A DNA stretch of 64,000 nt, from contig CATJWN010000070.1 of the NCBI GenBank assembly GCA_949745595.1, forward strand, positions 120,542 to 184,541, written 5' to 3'. Each line of letters opens with the position of its first letter. Positions within the stretch are counted from its first letter, which is position 1. Below, piece by piece: positions 30,369 through 41,388 of this stretch. The DNA is from an uncultured Clostridia bacterium (GTDB taxonomy: Bacteria > Bacillota > Clostridia > TANB77 > CAG-508). The position numbers and the translations under genes are program-made. The notes beneath the pieces are model-generated. The model saw only the letters and a list, made by a program, of their open reading frames with translations. It was not told where the DNA came from and searched no databases.

Positions 30369-32829
30369 ATGGAATTATCACTACAGAAAAAGATTAATTT
30401 AAGACTTATACGTTTGTTACGAACAAGTATGATAGAAGAAGCTGGTCTCCATATTGAAGATAAAGTGACATATAAGCAGTTTTTAGAGCTTTATGAAAAA
30501 TATGGAAACGGCTTTGATAAAGACGTTTTTGCTAGATATTTTCTGGATATAGAAGGAACTAAGTTGTATTATCTCTCTATTCGGAAAAGTAATAGAAACA
30601 CCCATATTAAAAAGAGAATATGTATCAGAACAAGAATTAGATAACATACGAGAAAAAATGCATGAAGAAGTTAAGGCACGTGGAATAAATTGGTTATCTT
30701 ACAGAAGGCTTATACAATATCATCAAAAATTTGGAGGAAGACTATCTTTAAAGAGTTTTGCAAAAGTTGCATTAAATATTAATGAGCATAATATAGAAAG
30801 CTCAAAATCAGATGGCGGTTCTATGCTAGTTGATTTAGAAACTGAGAGTGAATATGATGCAAATTTTCTACAAAACATTAGAAAAGAAGTAATTGCAAAA
30901 TCAAAGCTACATATAGGTGATTTAATTACTTTACCACAGTTTAAAAAGCTTTACGCAAAATTTGGAAGAGGTATTCCTGAAAAGCTTTTTGCAACTGAAA
31001 TTTTAGATATGAATAATGGAAAGGCTACTAGATTATTAGGTGGAAGAAATAAACAAGCATCAGTATTTTCAAATTATGTAGTAAATCCAGAAAACATAGC
31101 TATATTAAGGGAAAAAGTAATAAGAAAAGAAAGACTTCATATTGGTCAAACTATAGACAATGAAGAATTTTTACGATTATATAATAAATATGCTGGAATG
31201 TTGTCACAAGAAATGTTTGCAGAAGAAATACTAGATATAAATGCAATTGGCGTGAAAAATATGAGAGTAGCTGGTACTAATTCAGCGGTTTTGCAAGATA
31301 TAGATGTTCCAAAAGAATATTTAGAATTCTTAAAAGACAGGGTTTGTCGTAGAGAACATTTAACTTATAGACAAGAGTTTGCAAGAGATGAGTTTTATAG
31401 AATATATGATAAGTATGGTAGCGTAATACCTGAAAGACAATTTGCAGTTGAAGTATTAGGAATACCAGAAGATTCTGTATCATATTTTCTACTTGGAAAA
31501 TATAAAACAACTAAAGTTTTTTATAATGAAGAAATAACGGATTTTGAAACTTTAAGAAAAAAAGTAATAAAAGAGAATTTTTTACACTATGATGACCCAA
31601 TAAATTATGAAAGATTTTTAGAACTTAAACAAAAATATGCACCTAATATGAAAGAACATATTTTTGCTGAAAAAATTTTAGACATACCACTAACAAGACT
31701 TCCTAATATAAGATATGATAGAAAAAGTACAACACCAATACTACTTAATGAAGAGTTGCCAAGTGAAGAAGATATAGCAATTTTAAAAAGAAAAATTTTA
31801 ATTAGTAATGGTATGCATATAAAAGATAGAATTAAATATGCTAAAATTCAAGAACTTCATAGAAAACATGGCGGAATTATGCCTGAGTATATGTTTGCTG
31901 ATAAAATTTTTGATATAGCCAAAGGCAAATTAAATTCGATGTCAAGAAATCTAGAGGAAGAAGCAGTTATATTAACAAGAACCAAAATTCCTATACAACA
32001 ATTATCAAAATTAAGAAATAAAGTTTTAGGAGAAAATAATATTGTAAAAGGTTCACCAGTTACTTTAGCAAATTTTGAAAAATGGTTTACAGGATATAAA
32101 CATATATTATCACAAATTATGTTTGCAAGAGGTGTTATAGGTGTAAGTAAATCGAATTATGGCAATTTAAAAAGTAAAAAGACACCATCCATTAAAGCAC
32201 TTATGGACGATGCGCCAGAAACTTTGTCTTGGGTAACAGTTGAAAAAACAAAAAAGAAAAAGAAAGAAGAAAAGAAAAATTCAAATAAGAAAACACTTAA
32301 GCCGCCAAAACCTAGAAAAGCTCTGGCAGGCAATATAGTAAAGAAAGCAGCTAAATCTATTTTAGATAAATATGTATATACACCTAAAAATGTAGCAAGA
32401 GTAAAAGAATATATACATAGTTGCAAAGCAGAATATGAAAGAGGAACCTTTAGCGTTTCTGATTTACCATTTTTATATGATTGTATAGAGTTTGTTCAAG
32501 GAGGACTTCCAGAAATTTCTATATATACACAAATAGCTATTTCTTTTAGAAAATATAGTGATGCAAGGCGTTGTGTAATGGTAAATATGAATAACGAAGT
32601 GGTCAGCGTAGAAGAAAAAGAAAAGTTAAGAGAGATGGTGAAGGGCATAGACAGAGCAATAAGTAGAGAAAAAGCAGTAAATATATTAAGTAACGACCAA
32701 AATGCTGACATAAGACGAATTATGGAAGAGACTAAATTAAGTGAAATTGAAATAATGGCACTTAGGAGAAAATTATTAGGAGAAGGGCAAAATCCTTCTA
32801 TAAGAGAAAAATTATTTGACGAAGATTAA
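30369..32829 (+). CDS. large repeat protein (~820 aa) of unknown function. Requires +1 recoding at CGG 30552-30554.
   Basis: ORFs 30369-30644 and 30658-32829 fuse when C30552 is skipped (...YLSI-G-KVIETPIL...). At least 7 tandem ~85-aa modules with the signature x(F/Y)LxLYxKYGxxhPExhFAxEILDI. Lys-rich linker KKKKEEKKNSNKK. Confidence 0.6.
30552..30554 (+). other. in-frame CGG +1 recoding site (att CGG AAA)
   Basis: Junction of ORFs 30369-30644 and 30658-32829. Confidence 0.7.
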
Positions 32830-32895
32830 AAATATCTTGAATATTTATTTAATTTGAGTTATCATATTATTAAGGTTTTATTTAAGGAGCAAATT

Positions 32896-33219
32896 ATGTC
32901 AAAATTTTTAAAAATATTATTAATAATAACTGTAATAGCTTGCGTATTTATAAATGTTGTTACAGCTACAGAGGGCGATGGAGAGGACCTTGAAGATAAT
33001 CCTATAGAAAATACATCTAGTACAAACACCTCTTCTGCAAGTTCAAGTACCTACCCTGATATTAGTGCTCAAGTTACGAAGGTAGATTCACTTTCAAATT
33101 TGCCAGAAGCTAATTTAGGACTTAATAATATATTAAACGTTATTTTAATTTCAATTGGAGTATTGCTAATCTTGTTTGCAATAGCGATACTAATTAGATT
33201 AAAGAAAACTGGTACATAA
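32896..33219 (+). CDS. small secreted or anchored protein (signal peptide, Ser/Thr-rich, C-terminal TM)
   Basis: ATG at 32896 after AAGGAG. C-terminal ILISIGVLLILFAIAILIRLKKTGT anchor. Confidence 0.4.
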   Translation: MSKFLKILLIITVIACVFINVVTATEGDGEDLEDNPIENTSSTNTSSASSSTYPDISAQVTKVDSLSNLPEANLGLNNILNVILISIGVLLILFAIAILIRLKKTGT

Positions 33220-33221
33220 TA

Positions 33222-33251
33222 AAAAGTCGGTATGTAATACCGACTTTTATT
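33222..33251. terminator. bidirectional rho-independent terminator between convergent genes
   Basis: AAAAAGTCGGTATGTAATACCGACTTTTAT: perfect 10-bp stem flanked by A and T runs. Confidence 0.65.
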
Positions 33252-33255
33252 GTTG

Positions 33256-33702
33256 TTAGTCTCTATCATTACCTTGCATTGCGTAATACCAAATAGCTGC
33301 GATTATAATTACTGCAGCAATTGCAAATATTACCCACATCCAAGTTGTTGTTGACATACCAGCTGTTGTAGCTGCACCATCAGCGCTTGTTCTAGTAGTG
33401 TTGTAATTTCCATTATACATACGATTTGTATTGATACCATTAGTTGTTCTACTATTATTATTTCTTGCGTTATTGTTGTTTCCCATATTTCCGATAGCGT
33501 CGCCAGCATCATCTGCTGTTCTTTCTCCAAAACCTGCTACATCTCTTACAGCGTTTCCTACAGAGTCCATACCTTTATTTATTGATGAGCTTACATCATT
33601 ACCTAAATTTACTTTATCTGTATCAGTTGCTGCAAAGCAAAAACTTGTACATAATGAAAGAAGAATACTAACTAAAATACCTATAAAAACTTTCTTAGTC
33701 AT
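33256..33702 (-). CDS. secreted Asn-rich protein with a C-terminal TM anchor
   Basis: Signal peptide; low-complexity N/T/G-rich region; C-terminal hydrophobic helix. Confidence 0.45.
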   Translation of the reverse strand: MTKKVFIGILVSILLSLCTSFCFAATDTDKVNLGNDVSSSINKGMDSVGNAVRDVAGFGERTADDAGDAIGNMGNNNNARNNNSRTTNGINTNRMYNGNYNTTRTSADGAATTAGMSTTTWMWVIFAIAAVIIIAAIWYYAMQGNDRD

Positions 33703-33884
33703 AGTGTCCTCCTAAAAATCTATCTTAAAAAATGAAAATATAAATTTTCATTTCAATATTATTATTGATTTTTATAATTAAAATATGCTAACAAAATTTG
33801 CAAAATAAAAGTCAAAAAATAACATTGATTTTTTGGCAAAATCGATATATAATGACATCAATAATCGAAAGGAGATTTTTTGAT

Positions 33885-34700
33885 ATGGCGAATAAAAAAG
33901 ACGATATTACAAAAGATAAAGATGTAAAGAAAATTTTAGAAGAGATTGATAGTCAAATTAATGACAAAAAGAAAGAAATGCTTGAAGAATTGAAAAAAGA
34001 AATGGACAAGCAAATAGAAATTAGTGCTCAAAAAAGAGTGGATTTAGAAGCTAAAAAGTTAATTAAGGGAAAAACTGGTAAAATTATTAGAAGAGATTTT
34101 GTAATTATAATTTTAATTGCCATAATTGGTTATTTAGGATATTGCTTATATGACATAGGATATTTTAATAAAAATTTGCCTGTTCAAACTGAAGTGGTAG
34201 AAGTGCCAAAACAAGAAGAAGTAAAAAATAGCACATATTACATAAAAAATTATAGTCAGTTAGTAGAAAATATACAAGTTCCAAATATTGTGCAAGAAAT
34301 ACAAAACAGTGTTTCAAAAGATAATATGTCAAATAATTTAAAATTGAAAATTGCATATAAGAATTTAGAAGATAGTAAAAAAATTAGTGATGGAGATGTA
34401 TTAACTTTTGACAGTAGCAGTTTATTAGAAGCTTTCCAAAGTGTTTGTGGAGAGAGTGCAACTTTAGAGAATACAGTTTTCGAATATGATAATTTGAAAT
34501 TCTTGTATTTTAATAATACATTCATAGCGGAGAATTCTACAGTAATTGGTTTAGAAAAAGCAAATTACAAGATAACAAATGCTTATGAAACAGGAAATAA
34601 GTTAAATTTCGAAGTAACCTATGATGGTCAAGTAGGAGTTTATAAATATACTTTCGAGAAATCTGGTAGCAATTATTATTTTGATAAAATTGAAAAATAA
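33885..34700 (+). CDS. hypothetical membrane-anchored protein
   Basis: ATG at 33885 after AAAGGAG; coiled-coil N-terminus; single TM segment; sigma-A-like promoter TTGATT...TATAAT upstream. Confidence 0.45.
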   Translation: MANKKDDITKDKDVKKILEEIDSQINDKKKEMLEELKKEMDKQIEISAQKRVDLEAKKLIKGKTGKIIRRDFVIIILIAIIGYLGYCLYDIGYFNKNLPVQTEVVEVPKQEEVKNSTYYIKNYSQLVENIQVPNIVQEIQNSVSKDNMSNNLKLKIAYKNLEDSKKISDGDVLTFDSSSLLEAFQSVCGESATLENTVFEYDNLKFLYFNNTFIAENSTVIGLEKANYKITNAYETGNKLNFEVTYDGQVGVYKYTFEKSGSNYYFDKIEK

Positions 34701-34815
34701 TACAGTAGCAATTGTGATAAGGTAATTTCCAAATAGTTATAAACGAAAATATTAAAATATCACTATATGAAAATATTTATTTTTGTGCAAACAGAATTAG
34801 ATAAAATTTAAGATA

Positions 34816-34840
34816 AAAGCAACTGCATAGTTGCTTTTTC
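34816..34840 (+). terminator. rho-independent terminator
   Basis: AAGCAACT-gcat-AGTTGCTT hairpin followed by a T run. A TTGACA...TAATAT promoter lies directly downstream. Confidence 0.5.
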
Positions 34841-35045
34841 TTGACACTGTGAGAAAAGTATGCTAATATAGCACATAAGCAAGAAATTGCAATCATTTGC
34901 TTTAGTTCTAAAAGCAAAATTCAAACGTTATTCAAAACAAAGCCTATTCTAAAAGGTATCTAAAAAATTTCATTTTAAAAATAGTTTTTTATTTGTTATG
35001 TGTTGTTGTGATTTCTTACTAAAATTTATTTAAAGGAGGTCATTT

Positions 35046-35975
35046 ATGACAACAAAAATACCAGAAAACATCAACTTATATCCAACAAATGACTGGATAT
35101 TTAAGAGAATTTATGGAAGGAAAGGAAGTGAAGAAATTACAAGACATTTTATAAAAGCTTTTCTCGATTTAGACATTAAAGTAAAAGACTTAAATGAACA
35201 AAAGAATCTAGAAACAGACATTATTGATGAAAAGGCAGGAATTTTAGATATACTTGTTGAAGCAGAAGATGGTACTCAAATTGACTTAGAAATGCAAGTA
35301 GGAGATTATAAAAGCATAGGTATAAGATTAACAAAATATGCTTCTAAGATTTTTTCTAATAGTGTAAAAAAAGGCGAAAGATATTATGATGCTCGTAAAA
35401 CAATAGTAGTTATGTTTGCACAAGATGAAATAGATGTTTTTAAAGGAATACCCAACTATAAGTTAACATGGAATTTCAGAGAAGAAGCATATCACGATTT
35501 AATATTGACTGACAGACTTGAAATTGTTATAATAAGTTTAGAAAAGATAAGAAAACTAGTAGAAATTGGTAAGCTTGATAGTAAAAGTAAAATAGCTTTA
35601 TGGACTAAGTTTCTATTAAATCCAAAAGAGATTAAGGAGGAAGATATGGAAAATAATAAAGAAATTAAAGAAGCTATTGATGTATACGATAATATTACAA
35701 CTGATATGGGAGAAATAAATGCTGCTATACGAAGAGAAATGTATTTGTCTGATATCGCCACTTTGAGAGGCGAAGCTATTGAAGAAGGCTTGAAAGAAGG
35801 AATAGAGCAGGGAATAAAACAAGGAATTGAACAAGGTATAAAGCAAGGTGAAGAACAAGGTGCAAAGAAAGCCAAGAAGGAAATTGCTAGAAAAATGTTA
35901 GAAGCTAATAAGCCAATTGAAGAAATTATGGAATATACAGAATTAACAAAAGAAGAAATTGAAAAGATAAAATAA
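35046..35975 (+). CDS. Rpn family recombination-promoting nuclease / putative transposase (PD-(D/E)XK; YhgA-like)
   Basis: N-terminal nuclease-like domain and a characteristic C-terminal tandem EEGLKEGIEQGIKQGIEQGIKQGEEQG repeat. Confidence 0.6.
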   Translation: MTTKIPENINLYPTNDWIFKRIYGRKGSEEITRHFIKAFLDLDIKVKDLNEQKNLETDIIDEKAGILDILVEAEDGTQIDLEMQVGDYKSIGIRLTKYASKIFSNSVKKGERYYDARKTIVVMFAQDEIDVFKGIPNYKLTWNFREEAYHDLILTDRLEIVIISLEKIRKLVEIGKLDSKSKIALWTKFLLNPKEIKEEDMENNKEIKEAIDVYDNITTDMGEINAAIRREMYLSDIATLRGEAIEEGLKEGIEQGIKQGIEQGIKQGEEQGAKKAKKEIARKMLEANKPIEEIMEYTELTKEEIEKIK

Positions 35976-36063
35976 ATAATGTATAAGCAAATAAGATATG
36001 TGATAAAAAATAATTTTGTGCATAAAATGTACAAAATTATTTTTTTTATCTTGAGGAGGAAAT

Positions 36064-37275
36064 ATGAATAAGAAGATTTTAGCAAGTTTTATATTATTTG
36101 TACTTTGTATATCAAATGTATCTTATGGCTTAGATTTTGCAGTACCAGTCTGGTCTGAAACAGGTGAAATAGAAAAAGCAAGCACAGAAGCGTTAGGAGA
36201 GAATTTTTTGAATATTGAAAGTGAGAGTTGTATTTTAATAGAACAAACTACTGGCAAGGTATTATACGAGAAGAATTCACATGAGCAGTTAAGACCTGCA
36301 AGTGTAACTAAAATTATGACAATTTTACTTACTATGGAAGCTATAGACAGTGGGAAAATATCTTTGGAAGATTCCGTTCCTTGTTCAGAAAATGCAAGTC
36401 AAATGGGTGGTTCGCAAATATGGCTTGATACAAGAGAAACTTTAACAGTAGATGAAATGCTAAAGGCAGTTTGTGTAGTATCAGCAAATGATTGTGCAAT
36501 GTGTTTGGCAGAGCTTTTAGCGGGTTCAGAAGAAGTTTTTGTTGGACTAATGAATGAAAGAGCCAAAGCATTAGGAATGAATGATACAGTTTTCAAAAAT
36601 TGTCATGGTATTGATGAAGATGGACATATTACTAGTGCTTATGATATTGCACTTATGTCTAGAGAGCTTTTACAAAACCATCCAGATGTAAAAAAATATA
36701 CAACGATATGGATGGATTCATTAAGAGATGGGAAATCTAGTTTAGTAAATACTAATAAATTAGTAAGAAATTATCAAGGTTGTACAGGACTAAAAACAGG
36801 CTCAACTAGTCTTGCCTTATATAATCTATCTGCATCTGCTACAAGAGACGATTTATCACTAATTGGTGTCGTTTTAAGAGGACCTACTAGTGAGATTAGA
36901 TTTAGAGATGCAAAAAAACTATTAGATTATGGATTTACTAACTTCAAATTCGAGAAAACGAGTACCAAAGATAGTATAGTTCAAACAGTAAATGTAAATA
37001 AAGGTGTTGAAAAAGAATTAAACTTAGTATACGAGAAGGATAATGGCGTATTAATACAAAAATCAAATGCCTCTAACATTGAACAAGAAGTAGTTATAAA
37101 TGAAAATATTTCGGCGCCAATTATGAAAGGAGATGTACTAGGTACAGTTCATTTCTATTTAGATGGTCAGCTTTTAGATAGTGTTAATTTAGTAGCTGAA
37201 AAAGATATTAGTAAGATGTCAGTGCTTTCAATGTATACACGTATTACTGATGCTTGGCTTAATTTACTAAGATAA
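36064..37275 (+). CDS. D-alanyl-D-alanine carboxypeptidase (PBP5 family; sporulation DacB/DacF-like)
   Basis: Signal peptide; SxxK motif (SVTKIM); SxN; KTG; C-terminal PBP5 domain. Confidence 0.85.
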   Translation: MNKKILASFILFVLCISNVSYGLDFAVPVWSETGEIEKASTEALGENFLNIESESCILIEQTTGKVLYEKNSHEQLRPASVTKIMTILLTMEAIDSGKISLEDSVPCSENASQMGGSQIWLDTRETLTVDEMLKAVCVVSANDCAMCLAELLAGSEEVFVGLMNERAKALGMNDTVFKNCHGIDEDGHITSAYDIALMSRELLQNHPDVKKYTTIWMDSLRDGKSSLVNTNKLVRNYQGCTGLKTGSTSLALYNLSASATRDDLSLIGVVLRGPTSEIRFRDAKKLLDYGFTNFKFEKTSTKDSIVQTVNVNKGVEKELNLVYEKDNGVLIQKSNASNIEQEVVINENISAPIMKGDVLGTVHFYLDGQLLDSVNLVAEKDISKMSVLSMYTRITDAWLNLLR

Positions 37276-37479
37276 AAAATTCTTTTATTATAGCGAGTCT
37301 AAGATTTTTGAATAAAACTAATTAAAAAATCGTAGACTCGATTTTTAAGTGAACTTTAATTCGTTTTAAAAACTAGATAATATAAATGTGAAAAACTGAC
37401 CGCCTATCATATTTTATTTGAAAAAGATTTATAGTATAATAATAAAGATTTAAGATAAAAAATATTAGAGAGGTGCATT

Positions 37480-38412
37480 ATGAAGATTGGTTTTTTATTT
37501 TCAGGTCAAGGCGCACAGAGTGCTGGTATGGGAAAAGACCTATATGAAAGTTATGAAGAAGTAAGGAAAGTTTATGAAAAAGTAAAAGAAAGTACAGGAA
37601 TAGATGTAGCAGAGATTACTTTTAATTCTTCTGAAGAAGAACTAGCAGAGACTAATAATTCACAAATTACTATATATACAATGTGTCTTGGAATATTAGA
37701 AATTCTTAAAAAGAATGAAATAGCAGCAGGTGAAGTAGCAGGTCTAAGCCTAGGCGAATATACAGCTTTGACTTATGCAGGATGTTTTGATATTGAAACT
37801 GGCGCAAAGTTAGTTGCTAAAAGAGGAAAGATAATGGAAGCGAACATTCCAGAAGGAAATTGGCAAATGGCTGGAATTTTAGCATTATCAAATGAAGATG
37901 CGGAAAAAGCTTGCAAAAGTGTTACTAAAGGTTTTGTAGTTCCTGCAAATTACAATTGCCCAGGGCAAGTAGTGGCTGCTGGAGACGAAGAGGGGATAGC
38001 AGAACTTACTGAAAAGGCAAAAGAACTTGGTGCAAAAAAGGTAAGTATTTTTAATGCTAAAGGACCTTTCCATACAGAAAAAATGGCAAAAGCAGCTGAT
38101 ATATTAAAAGTTGAACTTTCTAAAATATATATTAAAAAGCCAGTAAAAAAAGTATATAAAAATATTGATAGTTTAGAGTATAAACCAGAAGATAATATCG
38201 TAGAAATATTAGCTAATCATACTAAAAGCCCAGTACATTTTTCTGAGATTATTTCAAATATGATTGCAGATGGAGTAGATACCTTTGTGGAAATTGGACC
38301 AGGTAGAGTATTAACTAGTTTAGTAAAAAGAGTTAGTAGAGACGTGAAACTTATAAATATAAACAATAAAGAAAGTTTAGAACAAGCAATATTAGAATTA
38401 AAAGGAGAATAA
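37480..38412 (+). CDS. fabD: malonyl CoA-ACP transacylase
   Basis: GQGAQ and the GLSLGEY active-site serine motif. Confidence 0.9.
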   Translation: MKIGFLFSGQGAQSAGMGKDLYESYEEVRKVYEKVKESTGIDVAEITFNSSEEELAETNNSQITIYTMCLGILEILKKNEIAAGEVAGLSLGEYTALTYAGCFDIETGAKLVAKRGKIMEANIPEGNWQMAGILALSNEDAEKACKSVTKGFVVPANYNCPGQVVAAGDEEGIAELTEKAKELGAKKVSIFNAKGPFHTEKMAKAADILKVELSKIYIKKPVKKVYKNIDSLEYKPEDNIVEILANHTKSPVHFSEIISNMIADGVDTFVEIGPGRVLTSLVKRVSRDVKLININNKESLEQAILELKGE

Positions 38413-38415
38413 ATA

Positions 38416-39156
38416 ATGGAAGATAGAAAAGTAGTATTAGTTACAGGTGCAGCAAGGGGAATTGGTAGAGAAATAGCACTTATAATGGCTGAAAAAGGTT
38501 ATGATATTTCTTTGAATTTTAGAACAAAATCAGATGAGTTAGATAAATTAAAAGAAATAATAGAAGAAAAAGGTGTTAGATGCTTTTTAGTACAAGGAGA
38601 TGTTACACATTTTGAAGAAACAGAAAAAATAGTAGAAGAAACTATTAAAGAATTTGGAAAAATAGATGTATTAGTAAATAATGCAGGAATTACAAAAGAT
38701 GGACTTTTAATGAGAATGGCAAAAGATGACTTTGAAAAAGTTATTGATACAAATCTTGTAGGCACTTTTAATATGACAAGAAATGTTATTCCACATATGG
38801 TAAAGCAAAAATCAGGTAGAATAATTAATATTTCTTCAGTAGTTGGGGTCGTTGGAAATGCAGGTCAAACAAATTATTCAGCTTCAAAAGCTGGAATTAT
38901 AGGCTTTACAAAGAGTCTAGCCAAAGAAGTTGCAAGTCGTAATATTTTAGTAAATGCAGTCGCGCCAGGATTTATATCAACTGATATGACTAGCATTTTA
39001 GCAGATAGTGTAAAAGAAAATATAAACAATCAAATTCCGCTTAAGAAAATGGGAACAGCAGAAGATGTGGCAAAAGTTGTTAAATTCTTAGCTTCAGAAG
39101 ATAGTAGTTATATTACAGGGCAGGTTATTAATGTAGATGGCGGAATGGTAATGTAA
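38416..39156 (+). CDS. fabG: 3-oxoacyl-ACP reductase
   Basis: SDR family: TGAARGIG and YSASKAG. Confidence 0.9.
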   Translation: MEDRKVVLVTGAARGIGREIALIMAEKGYDISLNFRTKSDELDKLKEIIEEKGVRCFLVQGDVTHFEETEKIVEETIKEFGKIDVLVNNAGITKDGLLMRMAKDDFEKVIDTNLVGTFNMTRNVIPHMVKQKSGRIINISSVVGVVGNAGQTNYSASKAGIIGFTKSLAKEVASRNILVNAVAPGFISTDMTSILADSVKENINNQIPLKKMGTAEDVAKVVKFLASEDSSYITGQVINVDGGMVM

Positions 39157-39172
39157 GGAAAGGATATAGAAT

Positions 39173-40408
39173 ATGAATAGAGTAGTTGTTACAGGTTTAG
39201 GAGCGATAACTCCTATTGGAAATAATGTAGAAGATTTTTGGAATGGAATAGTAGAAGCGAAATGCGGTATTGATGAAATAAAGGCTTTTGATACTACTAA
39301 CTTTAAAGTAAAACTTGCAGGTGAAGTAAAAGACATAAATATCGAAGAAATTTTAGATAGAAAAACTGCTAAAAGAGTTGATAGATATGCTCAGTTTGCT
39401 ATGATTGCATCAAGAGAAGCTGTAAAAGATGCTAATATAAATATGGAAGAAATTGACGCTACTCGTTTTGGAGTTGCAATTGCATCAGGTATAGGTGGAT
39501 TAAATACCATGCAAAATGATATATTCATTTTACAAGAAAAAGGTCCTGACAGAGTATCTCCAATGTTTATTCCAATGGCAATAAGTAATATGGCATCTGG
39601 AAATGTGTCAATTGATATTGGTGCAAAAGGAGAAAGTTTCTGTATGACAACAGCTTGTGCAAGTGGTACACATGCGATAGGTGAGGCATTTAGAATTATA
39701 AGACATGGATATCAAGATATGATGTTAGCGGGCGGAACAGAAGCTTCAATAAATGAAACAGGAATTGCAGGTTTTACCAATATAAAGGCTCTTACACAAA
39801 CTACAGACAAAAACAGAGCGAGTATACCATTCGATAAAGAAAGAACAGGCTTTGTTATGGGTGAAGGTTGTGGAGTAATAATATTAGAAGAATTAGAGCA
39901 TGCTAAAAAAAGAGGAGCAAAGATTTATGCAGAAATGGTTGGCTATGCTGCAACTTCTGACGCATATCACATAACTGCACCAGCACCAAACGGAGAAGGT
40001 GGAGCAAGAGCAATGATTAATGCAATGAAAGATGCCAATATCAAACCTGAAGATATAACATATATAAACGCACACGGAACTTCTACACATCTTAATGATA
40101 GTGGTGAAACTTCTGCCGTAAAAACAGCTTTTGGAGAAGCTTCTAAAAAGGTAATGATGAGCTCTACTAAAGGTCACACAGGACATTTACTTGGAGCAGC
40201 TGGAGGGGTTGAAGCTATTGCATGTGTAAAAGCTATAGAAAAATCTATTGTACCACCTACAATAAACTATAAAGTACCTGACGAAGAATGTGATTTAGAC
40301 ATTGTTCCAAATGAAGCGAGAAATCATGAAATTAAATATGCAATGTCAAACTCATTAGGTTTTGGTGGTCATAATAGTTCTATAATTTTCAAAAAATATG
40401 AAGACTAG
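39173..40408 (+). CDS. fabF: 3-oxoacyl-ACP synthase II
   Basis: Active-site Cys in TACASG; HGTST; GHLLGAAG. Confidence 0.9.
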   Translation: MNRVVVTGLGAITPIGNNVEDFWNGIVEAKCGIDEIKAFDTTNFKVKLAGEVKDINIEEILDRKTAKRVDRYAQFAMIASREAVKDANINMEEIDATRFGVAIASGIGGLNTMQNDIFILQEKGPDRVSPMFIPMAISNMASGNVSIDIGAKGESFCMTTACASGTHAIGEAFRIIRHGYQDMMLAGGTEASINETGIAGFTNIKALTQTTDKNRASIPFDKERTGFVMGEGCGVIILEELEHAKKRGAKIYAEMVGYAATSDAYHITAPAPNGEGGARAMINAMKDANIKPEDITYINAHGTSTHLNDSGETSAVKTAFGEASKKVMMSSTKGHTGHLLGAAGGVEAIACVKAIEKSIVPPTINYKVPDEECDLDIVPNEARNHEIKYAMSNSLGFGGHNSSIIFKKYED

Positions 40409-40495
40409 CAAAAACTTGAAAAAATGCATAAAAAATGATATAATTTAAAAACCTAAAATATTGTAAGAGACTTACATAGAAAGGAATTATAAGTT

Positions 40496-40939
40496 ATGAA
40501 TTATGAAGAAATAAAAAAGTTAATGGATGATATGGGGAATTCTAAATTATCCGAAATAGAAATTGAATTTCCAGATGGAATAAAGATTAGTATGAAGAAG
40601 GACAGTGGACTTAAATTGTCAAGTCCAGTTCCAATGGTACAAGAAATTAATAGTCCAGCAGTTAAAGCACCTGCAGAATTAGCAGTACAAGAGCCAAAGT
40701 TAGATGGAAAAATTGTAAAATCACCAATGGTTGGTACTTTCTATTCTAAATCAGCTCCAACTGCAGATAGTTTTGTTACAGTAGGAAGTAAAGTAAAAAA
40801 AGGTGATACACTTTGCATAATTGAAGCTATGAAGCTTATGAACGAAATCGAAAGTGAGTTTGACGGTGAAGTAGTAGAAATATTAGTAAAAGATGACGAA
40901 ATGGTAGAATACGGACAACCATTATTTGTTATTAAATAG
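40496..40939 (+). CDS. accB: biotin carboxyl carrier protein
   Basis: Biotinylation motif [10 protein letters not shown]. Confidence 0.85.
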   Translation: MNYEEIKKLMDDMGNSKLSEIEIEFPDGIKISMKKDSGLKLSSPVPMVQEINSPAVKAPAELAVQEPKLDGKIVKSPMVGTFYSKSAPTADSFVTVGSKVKKGDTLCIIEAMKLMNEIESEFDGEVVEILVKDDEMVEYGQPLFVIK

Positions 40940-40949
40940 TGAGGTAAAA

Positions 40950-41372
40950 ATGTTAGATATAAATGAAATTATGAAGATAATTCCTCAAAGAGCGCCTTTC
41001 TTAATGATAGATAGAGTTGAGGAGTATGTACCAGGAGAAAGCTGTATAGCTTATAAAAATGTGTGTATCAATGAACCTCATTTTGCAGGACATTTCCCAG
41101 GTCAACCGATAATGCCAGGAGTATTGATTGTTGAAGCATTAGCACAAACAGGTGCAGTAGCTATTCTTTCTATGGAAGAAAATAAGGGAAAAAATGCTTT
41201 ATTTGGTGGTATTGATAAATTACGTTTTAAAAAGCAAGTAGTACCTGGAGACACTTTGAAATTAGAAGTTAAGATTATAAAACAAAAAGGACCTGTAGGA
41301 GTAGGGGAAGCAGTGGCAACTGTTGCCGGAAAGGTTGCAGCAAAAGGCGAGCTTACTTTTGCAATAGTATAA
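40950..41372 (+). CDS. fabZ: 3-hydroxyacyl-ACP dehydratase
   Basis: HFxGHFPG motif ([16 protein letters not shown]). Confidence 0.85.
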   Translation: MLDINEIMKIIPQRAPFLMIDRVEEYVPGESCIAYKNVCINEPHFAGHFPGQPIMPGVLIVEALAQTGAVAILSMEENKGKNALFGGIDKLRFKKQVVPGDTLKLEVKIIKQKGPVGVGEAVATVAGKVAAKGELTFAIV

Positions 41373-41388
41373 AATAAGGAGAGTTTAA

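Noticed and set aside
30369-30658. ORF 30369-30644 (91 aa) and ORF 30658-32829 as two separate genes; likewise 43604-43804 (66 aa) as a small protein upstream of accA
   Set aside because: Each pair joins seamlessly at an in-phase CGG. The small ORFs are the N-termini of the repeat protein and of AccA ([16 protein letters not shown] junction).
33330-33715. ORFs 33330-33530 (-) and 33431-33715 (+) within the Asn-rich secreted protein gene
   Set aside because: Alternative frames of the low-complexity region of CDS 33256-33702; no independent support.
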